Positions 12,515 through 25,900 of a DNA stretch of 64,000 nucleotides are shown piece by piece. The notes under the pieces were generated by a model. That model worked only from the letters and a program-made list of their open reading frames with translations, did not search any database and was not told the DNA's origin. Position 1 is the stretch's first letter, and every line of letters begins with the position of its first letter. The position numbers were made by a program, and so were the translations under genes. The DNA comes from Trichoplax adhaerens (lineage: Eukaryota > Animalia > Placozoa), in assembly GCF_000150275.1 (NCBI RefSeq), contig NW_002060944.1, positions 6,857,102 through 6,921,101 of the forward strand, given 5' to 3'.

Positions 12515-14370
12515 GCTGTACTGAGCGTGCTCGTGTTTACAGTACATTGTACAGTAGGGTTTTCGCCTTAACAGGGCTTTCTACTGTACAGTACAGTACA
12601 GTACTGCGCTGTACAGTGTACTACACTGTACACTGTACAGTCTAGGACATGGACTACTAAACTACACCTACAATAGTGTACTATAGAGACCTGTGAAAAT
12701 GTTCTGTCTCGCGACGAAATGCACGATACAGTACAGTACTGCACAGTGTACAGTGCATGACAGTACTGTACTGATCCTTTCAAAGTACTGTACAGTACTG
12801 TACGGTGCATAGTGTACAGTAAGAGTACAGTACATTTTATTGGTATCGCATGGAGAATACTGTACTGTAGTGGGAAATGGCCGAATAAAACGATCAAACG
12901 ATGGTTTAACCTTTTAAATACAGAATACTGTAGTGGGAAATGACCGAATAAAACGATCAAACGATATGCCTTGGTATTACTGTATTTTGTAGTGAACGGC
13001 TACTTGTCATCTCATCTCCACCATACAGTAGGTATGAGTTACCGCTAGTAGGCTGCGGGCAATGATACTAATAGAGTTTATGATTGCAGTACAGTATTGT
13101 AGTAAACGGCTAGTTATCATCTCATCTCTACCATACAGTACAGTTGCGTATGGTATGAGTTTCCGCCAGCAGGCTACGGGAAATGATAGTACAGTACAGT
13201 ACACAAAAATTTCACTGTACACAGTACTGTACTGTATCGTGCATTTCGTCGTGAGACAGAACATTTTCACAGGCCTTTATAGTACACTATTGTAGGTGTA
13301 ATTTAGTAGTCCATGGACTGGACTGTACAGTGTACCGCGCAGTACCGTACTGTAGTTTAGCACTGTACTGTACTGTACAGTGTACAGTACTGTATTGTGC
13401 ATTTCCTCGGGAGACAGAATATTTTCACAGGTCTCTATAGTACACTATTGTAGTTGTAGTTTAGTAGTCCATGTCCTGGACTGCACATTGTACAGTATAC
13501 CGCGCAGTACCGTAGCTTAGCACTGTACAGTGTACAGTACAACAATAATAAAAATGGACAATAGTCTACAGTACACTATTGTCCATTTTTATTATTGTTT
13601 TATGATTTCATTATTATGATTTCATTATTAAATGAAATCATTATTGGAGTCCAAGTTGGCCGCGATAATGCCAAATAAGGGCAAAAAAGTGAAAAGCTAA
13701 AATTGGCAGCAACAAATGGTGGCAACGCGCAAAATGCCTAAATTTAGGGCATTACCTCACCCTCGTAGCCATGCAGAATTATTAGTTGTACTTGGTCTAG
13801 TTGGAGGGACTGAACTGATTTTTGCTACTGTGTAGCACCATACTGTACTGTACGTTGCTTGCCAGCGGGATTCTACAGCGCATACGAATTCATTAATAGG
13901 AAATGAAATTCAATTCAATTTCATTATTAACGAAACATCAGTTGCTTTGCAGCATCTTGTAGTTTGATTCAGTACTGGTTCAATGCTGTGCAGTATAGTG
14001 TATACTATTCGATGGCAAATAAAAACAAAAAAAAATCAGCCTTCTATAGTAGTGTACACTGTACAGTATACCGGCATTACCGCCCCAGGGCTGAGACCTC
14101 GGTTCAGACAGACAGAAGCTGATACAGGATGACGATGACGTAATTTTCCGTATCGGTCATACTAAGTCATACTGTCTGTATGGCTGTATGGGATTATCGA
14201 CTTGAAACGATGATGTCACCGTTGAATGGAGAAGCATACAGTACGTACAGTACAGTACAGTACTGTACAGTACAGCACTGCACTGTAGTTTTAGTACGGT
14301 ACCATACAGGATTCCAGTCCGCTTTGTACAGTACTGTATTGTACTGTACAGTGTACAGTACTGTATAATA
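12515..14370. repeat. TACAG/CTGTA pentamer-rich composite repeat with inverted and direct repeats in the TRMT1/SYNGR divergent promoter
   Basis: Runs of ACAGT and ACTGT. A ~140-bp module at ~12590-12756 is inverted relative to two tandem copies at ~13213-13350 and ~13372-13515. Internal direct duplications lie at ~12857-12903/12924-12965 and ~12988-13070/13098-13190. Confidence 0.9.
13541..13599. repeat. Perfect 25-bp inverted repeat (hairpin) with a 9-nt spacer
   Basis: AACAATAATAAAAATGGACAATAGT (13541-13565) and its exact reverse complement (13575-13599) flank CTACAGTAC. Confidence 0.95.
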
Positions 14371-14523
14371 AGGAGTTGGAGTTGTCGACTGAGTGCTATG
14401 CAAGCGACGTGAAATAGTGAGTGAAGCGTCTGTCCCAAACTCGCCACCATTGAACTGCCAGCCTCCATTTTGAACATTTGATTTTCTTGCCTAGATTGGC
14501 TTCTTCAAATCGTACAGCTAGCA

Positions 14524-17185
14524 ATGTTATCATCATTCTTTGCATTATCATCGGGCTCATTTAATATTAGAAACTATGTGCTAAAGCCGCAGGTCATTCT
14601 ACGATTTGCATCTTGGGTGAGTATACAGTATCAATAGATATGGACAAATTGAATAGCATAAAAACCAATCTGGCCATGTGATTGATGATGATGTGATTTG
14701 CAATCATGCATGCTTTCAACTTGTAGAATGCTCTAATTTTATTCTACGCTATCATTAATTGGACTACAATACAAAACGTACAAGCATTGCCTCTACCTTG
14801 GATGATGATATTCACTGTCTGCAGACGCCTTATCCACTTGTATTATCGCCTAAAAGAAATTGTAGTCATTAATTTACTAGCCTAATGAAGAAGAATCAAC
14901 TGATAAACTGTAGATATGGACACTGCCTTCATGGATGAATTAACAATCCCAAAAGATTGCAATGATAGATAGGACTACAGTATTGCACTAGCAATAGACT
15001 GCACAACTAACTTGTAGAGAGATGCAGCTGTAGGAATAGAAGAGTAAGGGAAGATACAATGTTGTTTTTCCTTACTCTTAAGCCATATTCTACGCTACTT
15101 GCATTATTTACACAATGTCTTGAAGGAAAATCGAAAGGAATCAACCTGGTGCTGTTGATTCATGATGCAAACCTATAGTATACTGTACTGTACTGTCATC
15201 GTCGTTACTTTAATCGCAATTTTTTCGCAAACAACTTTATCTTCCAAAATTAACATAGCATGATCGACTACACTATTTCGCCGTAATGGATTGATTGACT
15301 ATGTTGAACGATTATAAATGTTAACTTAGCATGTTTTCAATCAGCCATCATTTGTAGTTTTGCGACTTACTTCATCATAGTTAATACGTTAGTCACCAGG
15401 GTAAAACAATGTTATTAATGAATTTAATAAAATATTTTAATTTAGGCAAGCCCTGATTGAAATTCACGAACTACCAGCATTAATGATACTCATAGTCAAT
15501 GAAGGCCTCATGTTCAATGCAAAATAAAACTTCCCTTAGCTAATGTACATACGCAACTTAGTACGATCAACCAATTAAATGAATCGCTTACAAGCAGATA
15601 AATTACTGTACGGTATACATTGAATCACAATTCGTTTCTTGCTTTATTATCAAACTTACGCATTGTGGTGTACCTAAAGGACTAGTGCTCGCTCTCTTGA
15701 GCTTTTAGGTAAACTAAAAGTCTACCGAGCTGTGCAAATAATGCTATTACTGTACTAAGGAAATTGATGTTAAAATGTAGATCAAGTTGGGTAATAAATC
15801 AAGAGTGATTTAAAAAGGTATTGAATATCTCCAAATTGTAGGCTACTACAGTCATGCAATTTTTGCTATTTACCTTCAGTATAGACTCAAAACGGCGCCA
15901 TGTTTTTACTATTTGTGATACTTTACTACAGTCAGAAAGTAATAAAAGACTGAAAGCAGAATTGAAAAGTTTTATTAGACATGCAATGCATTTCAACTTG
16001 CCGGCCTCACTAACGATCGATGACAGTCCTCAGGAATACTGTACGAATAGATTCATAAAGTGCACATTGGCGCGATATTTAGTACAGACCTAAAATATTT
16101 ATAATTACGTTAGAAGATTTGTCTCTCAATAAAATGAATGGATGAGTTTGAACGTATATGATATTGATTGCTCTGCAACGATCAATAAAGAATCGTAGCT
16201 GATTTACCTGAATTACTAAACTACTCTAACCTTCGCATAAGTAAAATTCGACGTACTGTAATTGAACGCGTTCTAAAATGATGCTGTACACATTGTAGAT
16301 AACATATGAGCACCGCAAAGTTTGAAATGTAATTAAATATTCATCTACCAATAAGTGCATTATTCTCATCTTATTTGTTATCCTGCTTGTTAGGTATTCG
16401 CTATTATTGTTTTTGGTTGCCTAACGTCAGCCCGTAGCGAATTTAGAGGTTTTTGTCCTTTAAATGGCGATAATAATGCTTGCAACTATGGAATTGCTAT
16501 TGGTGTAATTGCATTTTTGGGCCTGATGGTATTCCTCTTTTTGGACGCATTTGTTGATCGTATTATCGATTTAACAACTAAAAAGCGTATAGTAATTGCA
16601 GATTTAGCTTTTACGAGTCTGTGGACGTTACTCTGGTTCATAGGATTCTGTTATATGACCAACAAATGGTCCATAGCGCCCAAGGCTCCTTTTAGCGCTG
16701 TCCCTGGCGTCGTTACGAATGTTAACTCGGCTCTTGCATTTACCTTTTTTTCAGTACTTACTTGGGTAAGATGGTTGTTTTTTTAAATCAATGTGAAAGT
16801 CGTAATTTGATTAAATCTTACAACTTAGTTGTACTATCTACTACGAATAAATTCTTCTTTTTTTATGTACTATTGATTCTATAATATAATGCTTTAGGAG
16901 TATATTCTTATTAGAAATAGATACCTTATCGTTACGCTGTTTTTCTCTTTATAGGGTGCATTAATTTATTTCGGTGTTCAACAATATCGAAATGCTGAAA
17001 ATCCAAATACACAACAGCAACAGGCGCAACCAGGCTATGACTATCCAAATGTAGGTACATCTAGCCAAGTCCCATCGCAGCAGACCCCTTCACAAACTTA
17101 TCAAGAGCCTTTTACTCCACAAGAGCCAGTTACAGAAGAAAAAAAAGCAGATATGCCTCCTCCTTATATTCCGCCAAACTATTAA
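14524..17185 (+). CDS. SYNGR: Synaptogyrin (MARVEL-domain tetraspan vesicle protein), 3 exons: 14524-14616, 16394-16765, 16955-17185
   Basis: The spliced product reads MLSSFFALSSGSFNIRNYVLKPQVILRFASW|VFAIIVFGC...CPLNGDNNACNYGIAIGVIAFL...DLAFTSLWTLLWFIGFCYMTNKW...FTFFSVLTW|GALIYFGVQQY...YQEPF...PPPYIPPNY*. Splice sites are canonical and both introns are phase 0. Confidence 0.93.
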
Positions 17186-18516
17186 GTTTATAGATGATTT
17201 GTATTTCAAGTCTTGCCTATAGTGAGCTGGTATAAATTTCTATGTAGTTCTTGCTTTAAGATTAATATTAATAAATCTTAACTAGTAGTTGGTTAGCTCA
17301 CTGATTTACGCTGTAAATTGGACAGTTAAAAGAGCTGTATAGAATTTGCTCAATAAAAACATTTTAATTCCGTATACAATTAGAAAACTTGTCTTATTTT
17401 CGAATTGGTCCAGGTTTGCCATTACAACACGATAGAACTCTCATTGAACTTCTTCAATTTACTTCCCGGTGACTCAATTAGCTTTTTAGCAAGGTTTTGC
17501 AAAAGAACTTTCGATTCTGCTTTGATTAATCGAATTTATAAAATCGTACAGAATTTTTCTAAATATGATATACTGTATTATGTATATTTCGCTATCTATC
17601 CGGAATCACTGGTATCAAATGGAATAATTATTGAAGATATACTGTCTTCAATTCTCTTTCAATAAGTTTTTAACATGCTGAGAATCCTTCATTGAAAAAT
17701 CATTTAACTTAAGGCGATACGACTTCAGCTCCGCCTTATATTCATTCTAGCGTAGATAAGATTCTGTAAAGAATCTTTCAAATAGTATGTTATTTAACAG
17801 TTAGTTCTTCTTTAAGTTCTAACGTAGTTGAAAGATGGCACGCTCAAAAAATCGGTACTATAATCCATTAAATGGAACTTACCAAGTCATTTAAAATATC
17901 TGATTAGATATTACGAATAAATTTGTTAAGCTAAAAGCACCATTATCCAAGTTATTTCTCTTAACTGTACGAGTAACAAACAATGAAGCTCCTGTCATGC
18001 GACAACGGAAGTAAGTCATGTATATCTTTTACAGCTGGACAATATTAGAATTGGGCGCATTTTAATGTAAATGCTCCACGTAAAGTTTTGTAATAAGCAG
18101 TAGTAAGCAATTATTATCTTCATGCATTATTAATTAATGCCTGGTGTGGTCTTAATTACCTAAGATGAAATAATTGAATGCACTCAGCATCTATAGCTCT
18201 TCTAATAAGGTATTTACCGCAGACAAGTAAAGATTTGCTATAATTACATTACTTAAGAAGCTCCTCCAAATGTAAACAATAAAATTTCAATGATCAAGCA
18301 CTTACTTCAATCGATATAAATCATACAAGTCTGTTATCAAGCATTTTTTTACTGCCTACAAGTAATATAGTTGAACCGATATTGTATGCTGATTTGTCGG
18401 CAATTTTAGTTATAGGGATAGCATGTTTACAATTGAATCTATAAATTAAGTTGTTAAATGCGTACATTGTTATATTTTGCAGATTTCAATGTTTTTAATA
18501 ATTATAACAAGCTCGA

Positions 18517-21114
18517 TTAATACGAAGAACTGTGAGATGACAAATAATTATCATGAGTTCCAGTAAAGGGTTCTTGTTTTGTTGATGAATTGCCAATTTG
18601 GACAGCAACGGGTGAGTAGTCATGTTTCGAATTTCTGTCAAATATCATCTCCGAATAATAGTGAAAGTCAGCCTGAGACGATGATTGATATGCAAGGTAT
18701 GTCTGCAAGCTCTATTAAATAAAATTAAGTTATAGTTAATGAATATCATTCAACAGGTGCAATTCTATCGTAGAAGAGAAAAAAGAGAGAGTTTTAGTAT
18801 ATTCAAATTCAATCATTCTTGAGTAGCATCATACTACTAGATTAGAATGTGCCTGAATGCCTAAGAAAAAGTTTAATCACTACAAAGAAAAATGTAAAAG
18901 GCAAATAGATTTAAATTTATATACAAAATACAGAATCTACTTTATGTGAACATACCCATGATAGTATGGAGAAAAAAGAAAAGGCAACAGCGGCACTGGT
19001 ATCTGGATAATACGGCCGATTAACGATAGCCAAGTATAAAAATATAGCAAACCATAATAATGATAAAAGTAGGGAAATCAGAAAATCGCAGATAACAAAT
19101 TTTCTTTTGATGTTAGCATCCTGTTTTCCATCAATATTAAAGTCATAGTAAATGAATATCATAGCGATGAGGAATGTAATTACGCCAAACGCTAAACCGA
19201 CATTGCAAGCTTGGTAGTCATTCATAGGGCAATAATGACGATCGATTCGAGAAGCCATAATAGCGAAGACGATCATGGAGAAGAGCTGCCAAATTAAGAC
19301 AAAAAATTATTCATTTAGATGAACAATATCAAACGCCTTATGTTGATCAATTTTTTCCTATTAAGTTAAGTTTAATAAATTATAAATCATGCCACTGTAC
19401 AATATCGCAATGTTATAAAGTACATGATTATCTGCTATTCGATTTCTACAGCATTGGGTAAAATTTGAAATCAATTATTTTAATGGCATTTATGAATCAT
19501 AGAAAGCATTATGCAATATACGCGTATTTTCAGTAAGGCATTTTAAACGTAAAGATATTATCAAGCTATTGCAATTGAATCAATCCGTATGAAGAGGTAG
19601 CAAAAGTTTTAACTAGGAGTATTTTTGCATGGTTGATGCTAATTTGAATGCTGGACTGCTACAACTACAGCTATTGATGAAAAGATTTTCAAGTATCACA
19701 CCACACTTTTCACTATTTATGAAGTAGTGCATCATGACGTTGATATTTGTCAGCTAGATGTCGAATTTAGATAAGTAAGCAAATTCTACTGTACTGTATT
19801 ACCTGCCATGCATTTTTCAAGCAAGCTACAGTCTAATCCATCATCATTTTAGGAGTACCATGATATGGCATTTTCCACAATATACAGCAATATACTATAC
19901 TACATCATAAAGTTCTTATTATTTAATTCCACAAATAGACAGTTTACATCGACGTATTAAGTCAGCTTTACTGTATCACCTATTGTGTCATTTTCTTAGG
20001 CTATTGTCGGATCGATAATTAGAATCATTTTAAGGTATGCTTTGTCTTATATGTATTTTCTCCAATGTGAAGTGATGTGGTCCACCACTCGATGTTCCAC
20101 TTTCCATGACATAACCATAATCCTCATCATTATTGACTTCCTTAATCGTCTGGCATAATTGAACGTCGTATATTGTAGCAAGCTTGCATTCCACATGTAC
20201 AGTATAATGGTTATATTGCAACGTACTGTACATCGCTGATATCATATGGCACCGCCGTGTTTATAACGTCTGTCTATCGATCGATTGGGATCAGCTTAGT
20301 TCAATCATTTGGAAATAAGATGTTTACAATACGAGTAGACTGCAATTGACTTTAATCTTCAAATTGAAAATAATGTCTTTCCTTAACGATCGAACTCAAT
20401 TACATGATCGATCCGATTCTACTCCTGGTTGCCATGGAGTCAATTGCGAGTCATTCATAAAAATGAGAGAAATGCTGCATGAAAAGCGACATCATATCGC
20501 ATGAATAAAGTAGGGCAGACATACAGAACGCATCCTACATTCAACGAATTGCCTCACTCTACCAACAATCTATTCTATGTATGAATTAGGAGTATTAAGA
20601 CGACTGGTTTGATCATACTGTGGTGACATGAGCAACTTCCATCTGCATATATATACATTCTGTGCATTTGTACGATCACAGTTGTTGAATGATGTACACT
20701 AATGAAAACTCTTGTCCTACGTACCGTGAATAACCTTGTCATTAAAGCCTGTAACTGTGCATGATTCATGAGTATGATGGACTATTGCAAATGTTGGACA
20801 CCCAATCAATCTGTTGATCTCCTAAACTTGGTGTACAGTATAGAGAGTCCATTTTACTTTGTATTGGTGCTCATCGACTACTGCATGTCAATAATAGAAT
20901 CCAAGCTAACAAAGCGAAACTGAAGTTGCAGTAAGGCTAATCAAGACATTGTTGATGTCATCATATGATACACATAACACGCTACGACAGTCATTCAACG
21001 CTCATTTATTGCTTTAATCTATTGCAATAAGGCGCTGCATCTTTGTCTTACCCATGAAGCCAATCTCGTTATAAGAGCAAGTCTCATATTCAGACGTGTT
21101 GGTGGAAGAAACAT
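18517..21114 (-). CDS. Divergent synaptogyrin-like paralog (MARVEL), 3 exons: 21114-21052, 19285-18956, 18711-18517
   Basis: The spliced product reads MFLPPTRLNMRLALITRLASW|LFSMIVFA...CPMNDYQACNVGLAFGVITFL...DFLISLLLSLLWFAIF...AAVAFSFFSILSW|SLQTYLAYQ...QEPF...Y*. Intron positions are the same as in the neighbouring SYNGR. Confidence 0.85.
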
Positions 21115-21204
21115 CCAGGTAGAAGGTAAGCAGAGGAATGGTCGGGCAATCAACAACTTGTTTCACTGACGTTCAGTGAAGCGATCCAAGTTTCAAGTGC
21201 TCCA

Positions 21205-21745
21205 GTATAGTGTACAGTACAGTACAGTACAGTATGCTAAACGATACATAGTACTGTAGAATAAGGTACTGTACACTGTAGTACTGTCCTGTTGGCTACA
21301 ATACAGTGTACTGTAAAGTACAGTACATCGTACAGTAGTCTACCGTCCACGTGTACTGAGTGGAGACCTGTCTTCGGTTCGGTGCGGCTCGGAACCAGTC
21401 TGAGTGTGATTATTTTGGATGGCACCCTGAAAATATAGAATTGTATAGGCTAAATCAGACCTAAATTAGATCAATTGTCTATTTAGTACAGTACAGTACA
21501 GTACTGTAGGAGTAGACGTTTTCAAGCACCCTGAAAACATACAATTGTATAAGCTAAATCAGGCCCAAACTAAATCAATTGTACAGTACAGTACAGTATG
21601 GTGAGTACAGACTGTACACTGTACGATGCTTTACTTACAGTACTAATTGTAGAAGCTCAATCAGGCCCAAACTACAGTACAGTACTGTAGATCAAGTCTA
21701 CAGTATATTTAGTACCCTACTGTACCGTACTGTACCGTACCGTAT
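21205..21745. repeat. TACAG pentamer arrays plus a ~105-bp unit in 2-3 tandem copies, in the SYNGR-like/ZNF598 divergent promoter
   Basis: GCACCCTGAAAA.ATA.AATTGTATA.GCTAAATCAG.CC.AAA at ~21422 and ~21526, with a partial third copy at ~21645. The copies are interleaved with (ACAGT)n. Confidence 0.85.
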
Positions 21746-22983
21746 TGTAGGTGTAGACGTTTTTCCCATTCTTGCGACCCTAACTTTAAAACCCAAATTG
21801 GCCAAAACTGCAATCATCAGCATTTTTGGCCATTGGAAACCGGAATACTCCATCCAATTTTCAATTCATTGAGGTAAGATATTGATATTCTAACCGGATC
21901 ATGGTAGTATACTGCTGTGGCTAGAAAATTCGATTGTATTTTGCAGTTTCTTTTATTGAATTCTCTGTCATGCTAACTTCTTGACTTCATTTATTCATTG
22001 CGACGGAGGACTGCCTTACATCATTGATGCCATCCTAGGTAGCAATGAAACATATTTTCATTTCCTTATCGGTTGTCTTAGCTTAGCCTTGTAAAACCAA
22101 TAATAATTCAGTTACCGCCATGATGATTTAGCATCCATTAGGCTCAAACTACAACCTGCTATAAACTAACATTGGATCACCTATCCACATTTTTCGCTAT
22201 AAAATAAAGTTCCAATCACAAACCAATTGGGCCCAACAACTCATTCCCAGTTCAAATCAACTCATGGTGCACTAATATACTGTATGCGTACACTGTCAAC
22301 GTTTGCATCTGCACAATGGCTAGGCTTACTATCTTACTATCCGTGTTAGTTTTCTGAAATTCTACTTCCATTCATCGCTATACAGTTCTATTTCAGTCAG
22401 TAAACTAAGCGTGTGAAAATGACAAAGAAAGTCATACATGCAATAATACAGTTGTAGTCGATGAAACGCCCATGATAGGGTAGCAGTAGACCGCAAGACG
22501 GAGATCGATTTGGTAAGAGGGGGCCGGTGAGTCTGTCACATGGAGACCGAATTCATCAAATCAGACAATTTTACCCATGATTGCAATTAGTTACCAGCCA
22601 CTCAACAACGGGCTACTTATTTTTAAAAAAGTGATTCATTTTTACATCAGTATTGTAACCACATGATACAGTTATACCATAGATGATCAGTAATATCATA
22701 AAATCTTTGATAGCTCTCATAACAGAGCGATTCATTGTGGTTGCAGTAGTAATTAGCGATCGTGCATTAGTAGATTGCCGTTACCTAGCTGAAGAACAAA
22801 CTAGCCGTCAAAGGTTGAAAACATAAAGATAGAGAACCTACAGCGACAATATTGATAGAATCCCAGCCAGAGAAAATTAAAATCTTATTTACAACTTGTC
22901 TTAGCATTACAAACTGCGATGGTCATTACCATATTAACCCTATTGGTTGTATCAATTTTATAATTTCAGGAATAGAGATTGCA

Positions 22984-25900
22984 ATGGCTGCTTGTTTGCA
23001 AACATTGCAGGATCAAGGTGTTATTAAGCGTACCTGTGTTCTTTGTTGTCATCCATGCGAAATTGAATGCTTTGGTTCATGCAATCATCCTGTCTGTTAT
23101 AAATGTATGACTAAATTAAGGATACTATGTCAAGATAATTATTGCCCTGTTTGCAGATCATGCTTGGAAAAGGTTTGTACGTAGAAGCTAACAAAATATT
23201 CTACGAGAATAAATTAGATAAGCTACTCTCTGGCATTAATCTCCGAATTCGTACAATACTATATACAGTAATTACATGAACAAATTAAAATGGAATACTG
23301 TATGCACTAACGTAAAAATCAAGCATAAGAAGTTGAGATGCATTAATTTCTATAGTATTTTTTCATTACTCATGCTAGCTTTAACTTATCAGCCATGCTT
23401 GCTGAAAAGCAAATACTGGATTACTATGTCCGTCCACCAGATATTACCTTAGTATTTAGAGAACTATTTTGCCATAGTTCAAGATTTGAAATATCTACGT
23501 ACTGTATTATGCAGTGTTTTAATTCATATATACAGTATAGTATATTTAGAGTGTCTAATCATACTACTTTTAAATCTTACGTCATCATAAGGTGGTATAT
23601 ACAGACAGAGTCCAACCTTTTGAAGAATTGGATATCAATTCGATGCACCAGTGTAAAACACTACCAGGATTGTACTTTGTATCATCAGAGAGTTTATATT
23701 TATGTCAACAACTCCTGGTTCATCGTTGTCAAATATGTATTACAAAACCAACCTTTAAGAATTTTAACAACTTTCTAGGCCATATGAAAGATACACATAA
23801 AAGATACTTCTGTTACCTTTGCATTAAACACCTAAAACTATTTACACATGAACGGCGACCGTATAGCAAACCAGATTTAAATATCCATTTGAAAAGAGGC
23901 GATAGTGATAATAAATCTTACAAAGGACATCCTGTATGTAAATTTTGTAAAAAGCATTACTTTGACGATGATGATCTTTATCTTCACTTGCACAACGATC
24001 ATTTTAGTTGTCATTTTTGCCCAGCTGATGAATACTATGACAATTATGAGTCTTTAAGGGCGCACTTTAAAAGCAACCATTTTTTATGTGAATATGACGC
24101 TTGTGCAGATGAAAAATTTGTTAACGCATTCTCTACTGATATCGATTATAAAGCACATTTGGCTCTGAAGCATAAACATCTTTTAAATCGTGCAGAAGAA
24201 CGCAGAATTAGGCATATCGATATCGATTTAACGTACTCCAGAAGCAATGATAGTAGGACAACTGGTAAAAATCGCAGAGGCGACACTTATGATAGGTAAG
24301 AATATTTCCTCATTCTGTATATCATCTTTTCGCTTTCTATAAGCACTTTGTATTATTTTACTGATTACGCTAAAGACTAGCAATGCTGATATATACTTAT
24401 TATTATTATACAGATCACAGGTTACCGATGATGATTTTGTAAGGGAAGAGACAAAGGATAGCCAGGAAGCTGTCTCACTTACAGGAGATTACGAAGATGA
24501 ATTTCCATCTTTGTTTAATAAAGTATCAAAAAATTCTGGTTTTCTTACTGATCATTCAGGAGCCGGTACCAATTATACTTCTGCTGTCAAGGAATCTCGC
24601 ATAGACCGAAACCATAATCGATCTGTGCCACAACGTACAACTCAACAAAAGACTGCTTATCAAAAAGCCGTTAATATTGGAAACTCATTGGTATCAGAAG
24701 AAGACTTTCCATCCCTTACTACTACCTCATCGACTGGAAATCGTACTGGTTTACATCGACAAAACGCATCTTCATCCAATTGGAAATCTTTAACATATGA
24801 CCATAAAGCAGCGCCTAAACAGAATCAAAATTTGGGCCACGAAGTGAAGAAAAATGTACCACAAAAGGTGGGCAAATTGTTAGAAGATTTTCCATCTTTA
24901 CCAACTAAAACAGCTGTTAAAAACCCTAATTTTATGAATGACTTCAATAAGCCTAACGCAACCAAGTCATCATGGGGAAAGTCGTCGATACCTAATTCTG
25001 CTGATCGTAACATTAGTAATTCATCCAAGTATGACCAAAAAGAATCTAGCAATGCTCTAACGGGTTCGAAAGCCCTTACTAATTCGAAAAAAGCATCAAA
25101 GAGTAAAGGAAAGAAGAAATCGAATTCAATGTCGAATAGCGCTGACAATTGTATTAGTAACCACAATCAAAAAGGAAAGGCTTCCACGAAGAATGAGGAA
25201 AAGTACGTGAATAAAAGTTTCGTACACCCTACAAATAGTTCAGTAACAACAGCATCAGAAGAAGATTTCCCTTCTCTGCCGCTTAGTCAAAAGCCTCCGG
25301 ATCCTTTTTTTCGCCACGAGTCTCACAGTGAATATACAGGAATAGCACCCGCCATAGATAGACCTAAATATCAAGACAATTATGATTATTTATCAGCCGG
25401 AAAGACGACTAAGGGAATAAGTACCTCGTCTGCCCAATCATGCTCCGATACAGCATCAGCTAATTTTTCTACGGAAGACTTCCCAGGACTGCCGCAAAAG
25501 GATAAAGTCAAATATGCTTGGCTGGATAAAGAGCAGAAAGTCAAAGCCCAGAAATCACAGTGGAAGGTGCCTTCAAATGATTCGTCGAAGTCCAGTGTTG
25601 ATGCAAAGTCAATTCAGCAGACACTAGATACCGCAGCATCGGTACGCCCCCCTCCCGGCATTGGTGTAGCTTTATTACACCAAGATAACAGCTTAAGCGC
25701 AGAAATAGGGGATGATGCATTTATGAACGACTTACTAAGAGCGTCTGATAATCAAGCAATGAAAAATAATGTTAAGAAAGTTATAAAACCTCCTCCAGGT
25801 CTTGACATTTCTAACGTAACCGATTCAAATATTAGTAAGATAACAGGACTCATGGCCAATTCTTCCGTTAGCAACGTAAAAGAAGATATGAAATATGCGC

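Noticed and set aside
12568-14477. ORFs rich in YSTVQ/TVLYC (also 21237-21872, 31762-32294)
   Set aside because: These are translation artefacts of the ACAGT pentamer repeat, which lacks stop codons.
24825-25166. Antisense ORFs within ZNF598 (also 26083-26358), ECSIT (35975-36319), the SDR (42315-42557) and TRPA1 (50238-50477)
   Set aside because: These are shadow frames opposite real exons, with no independent protein features.
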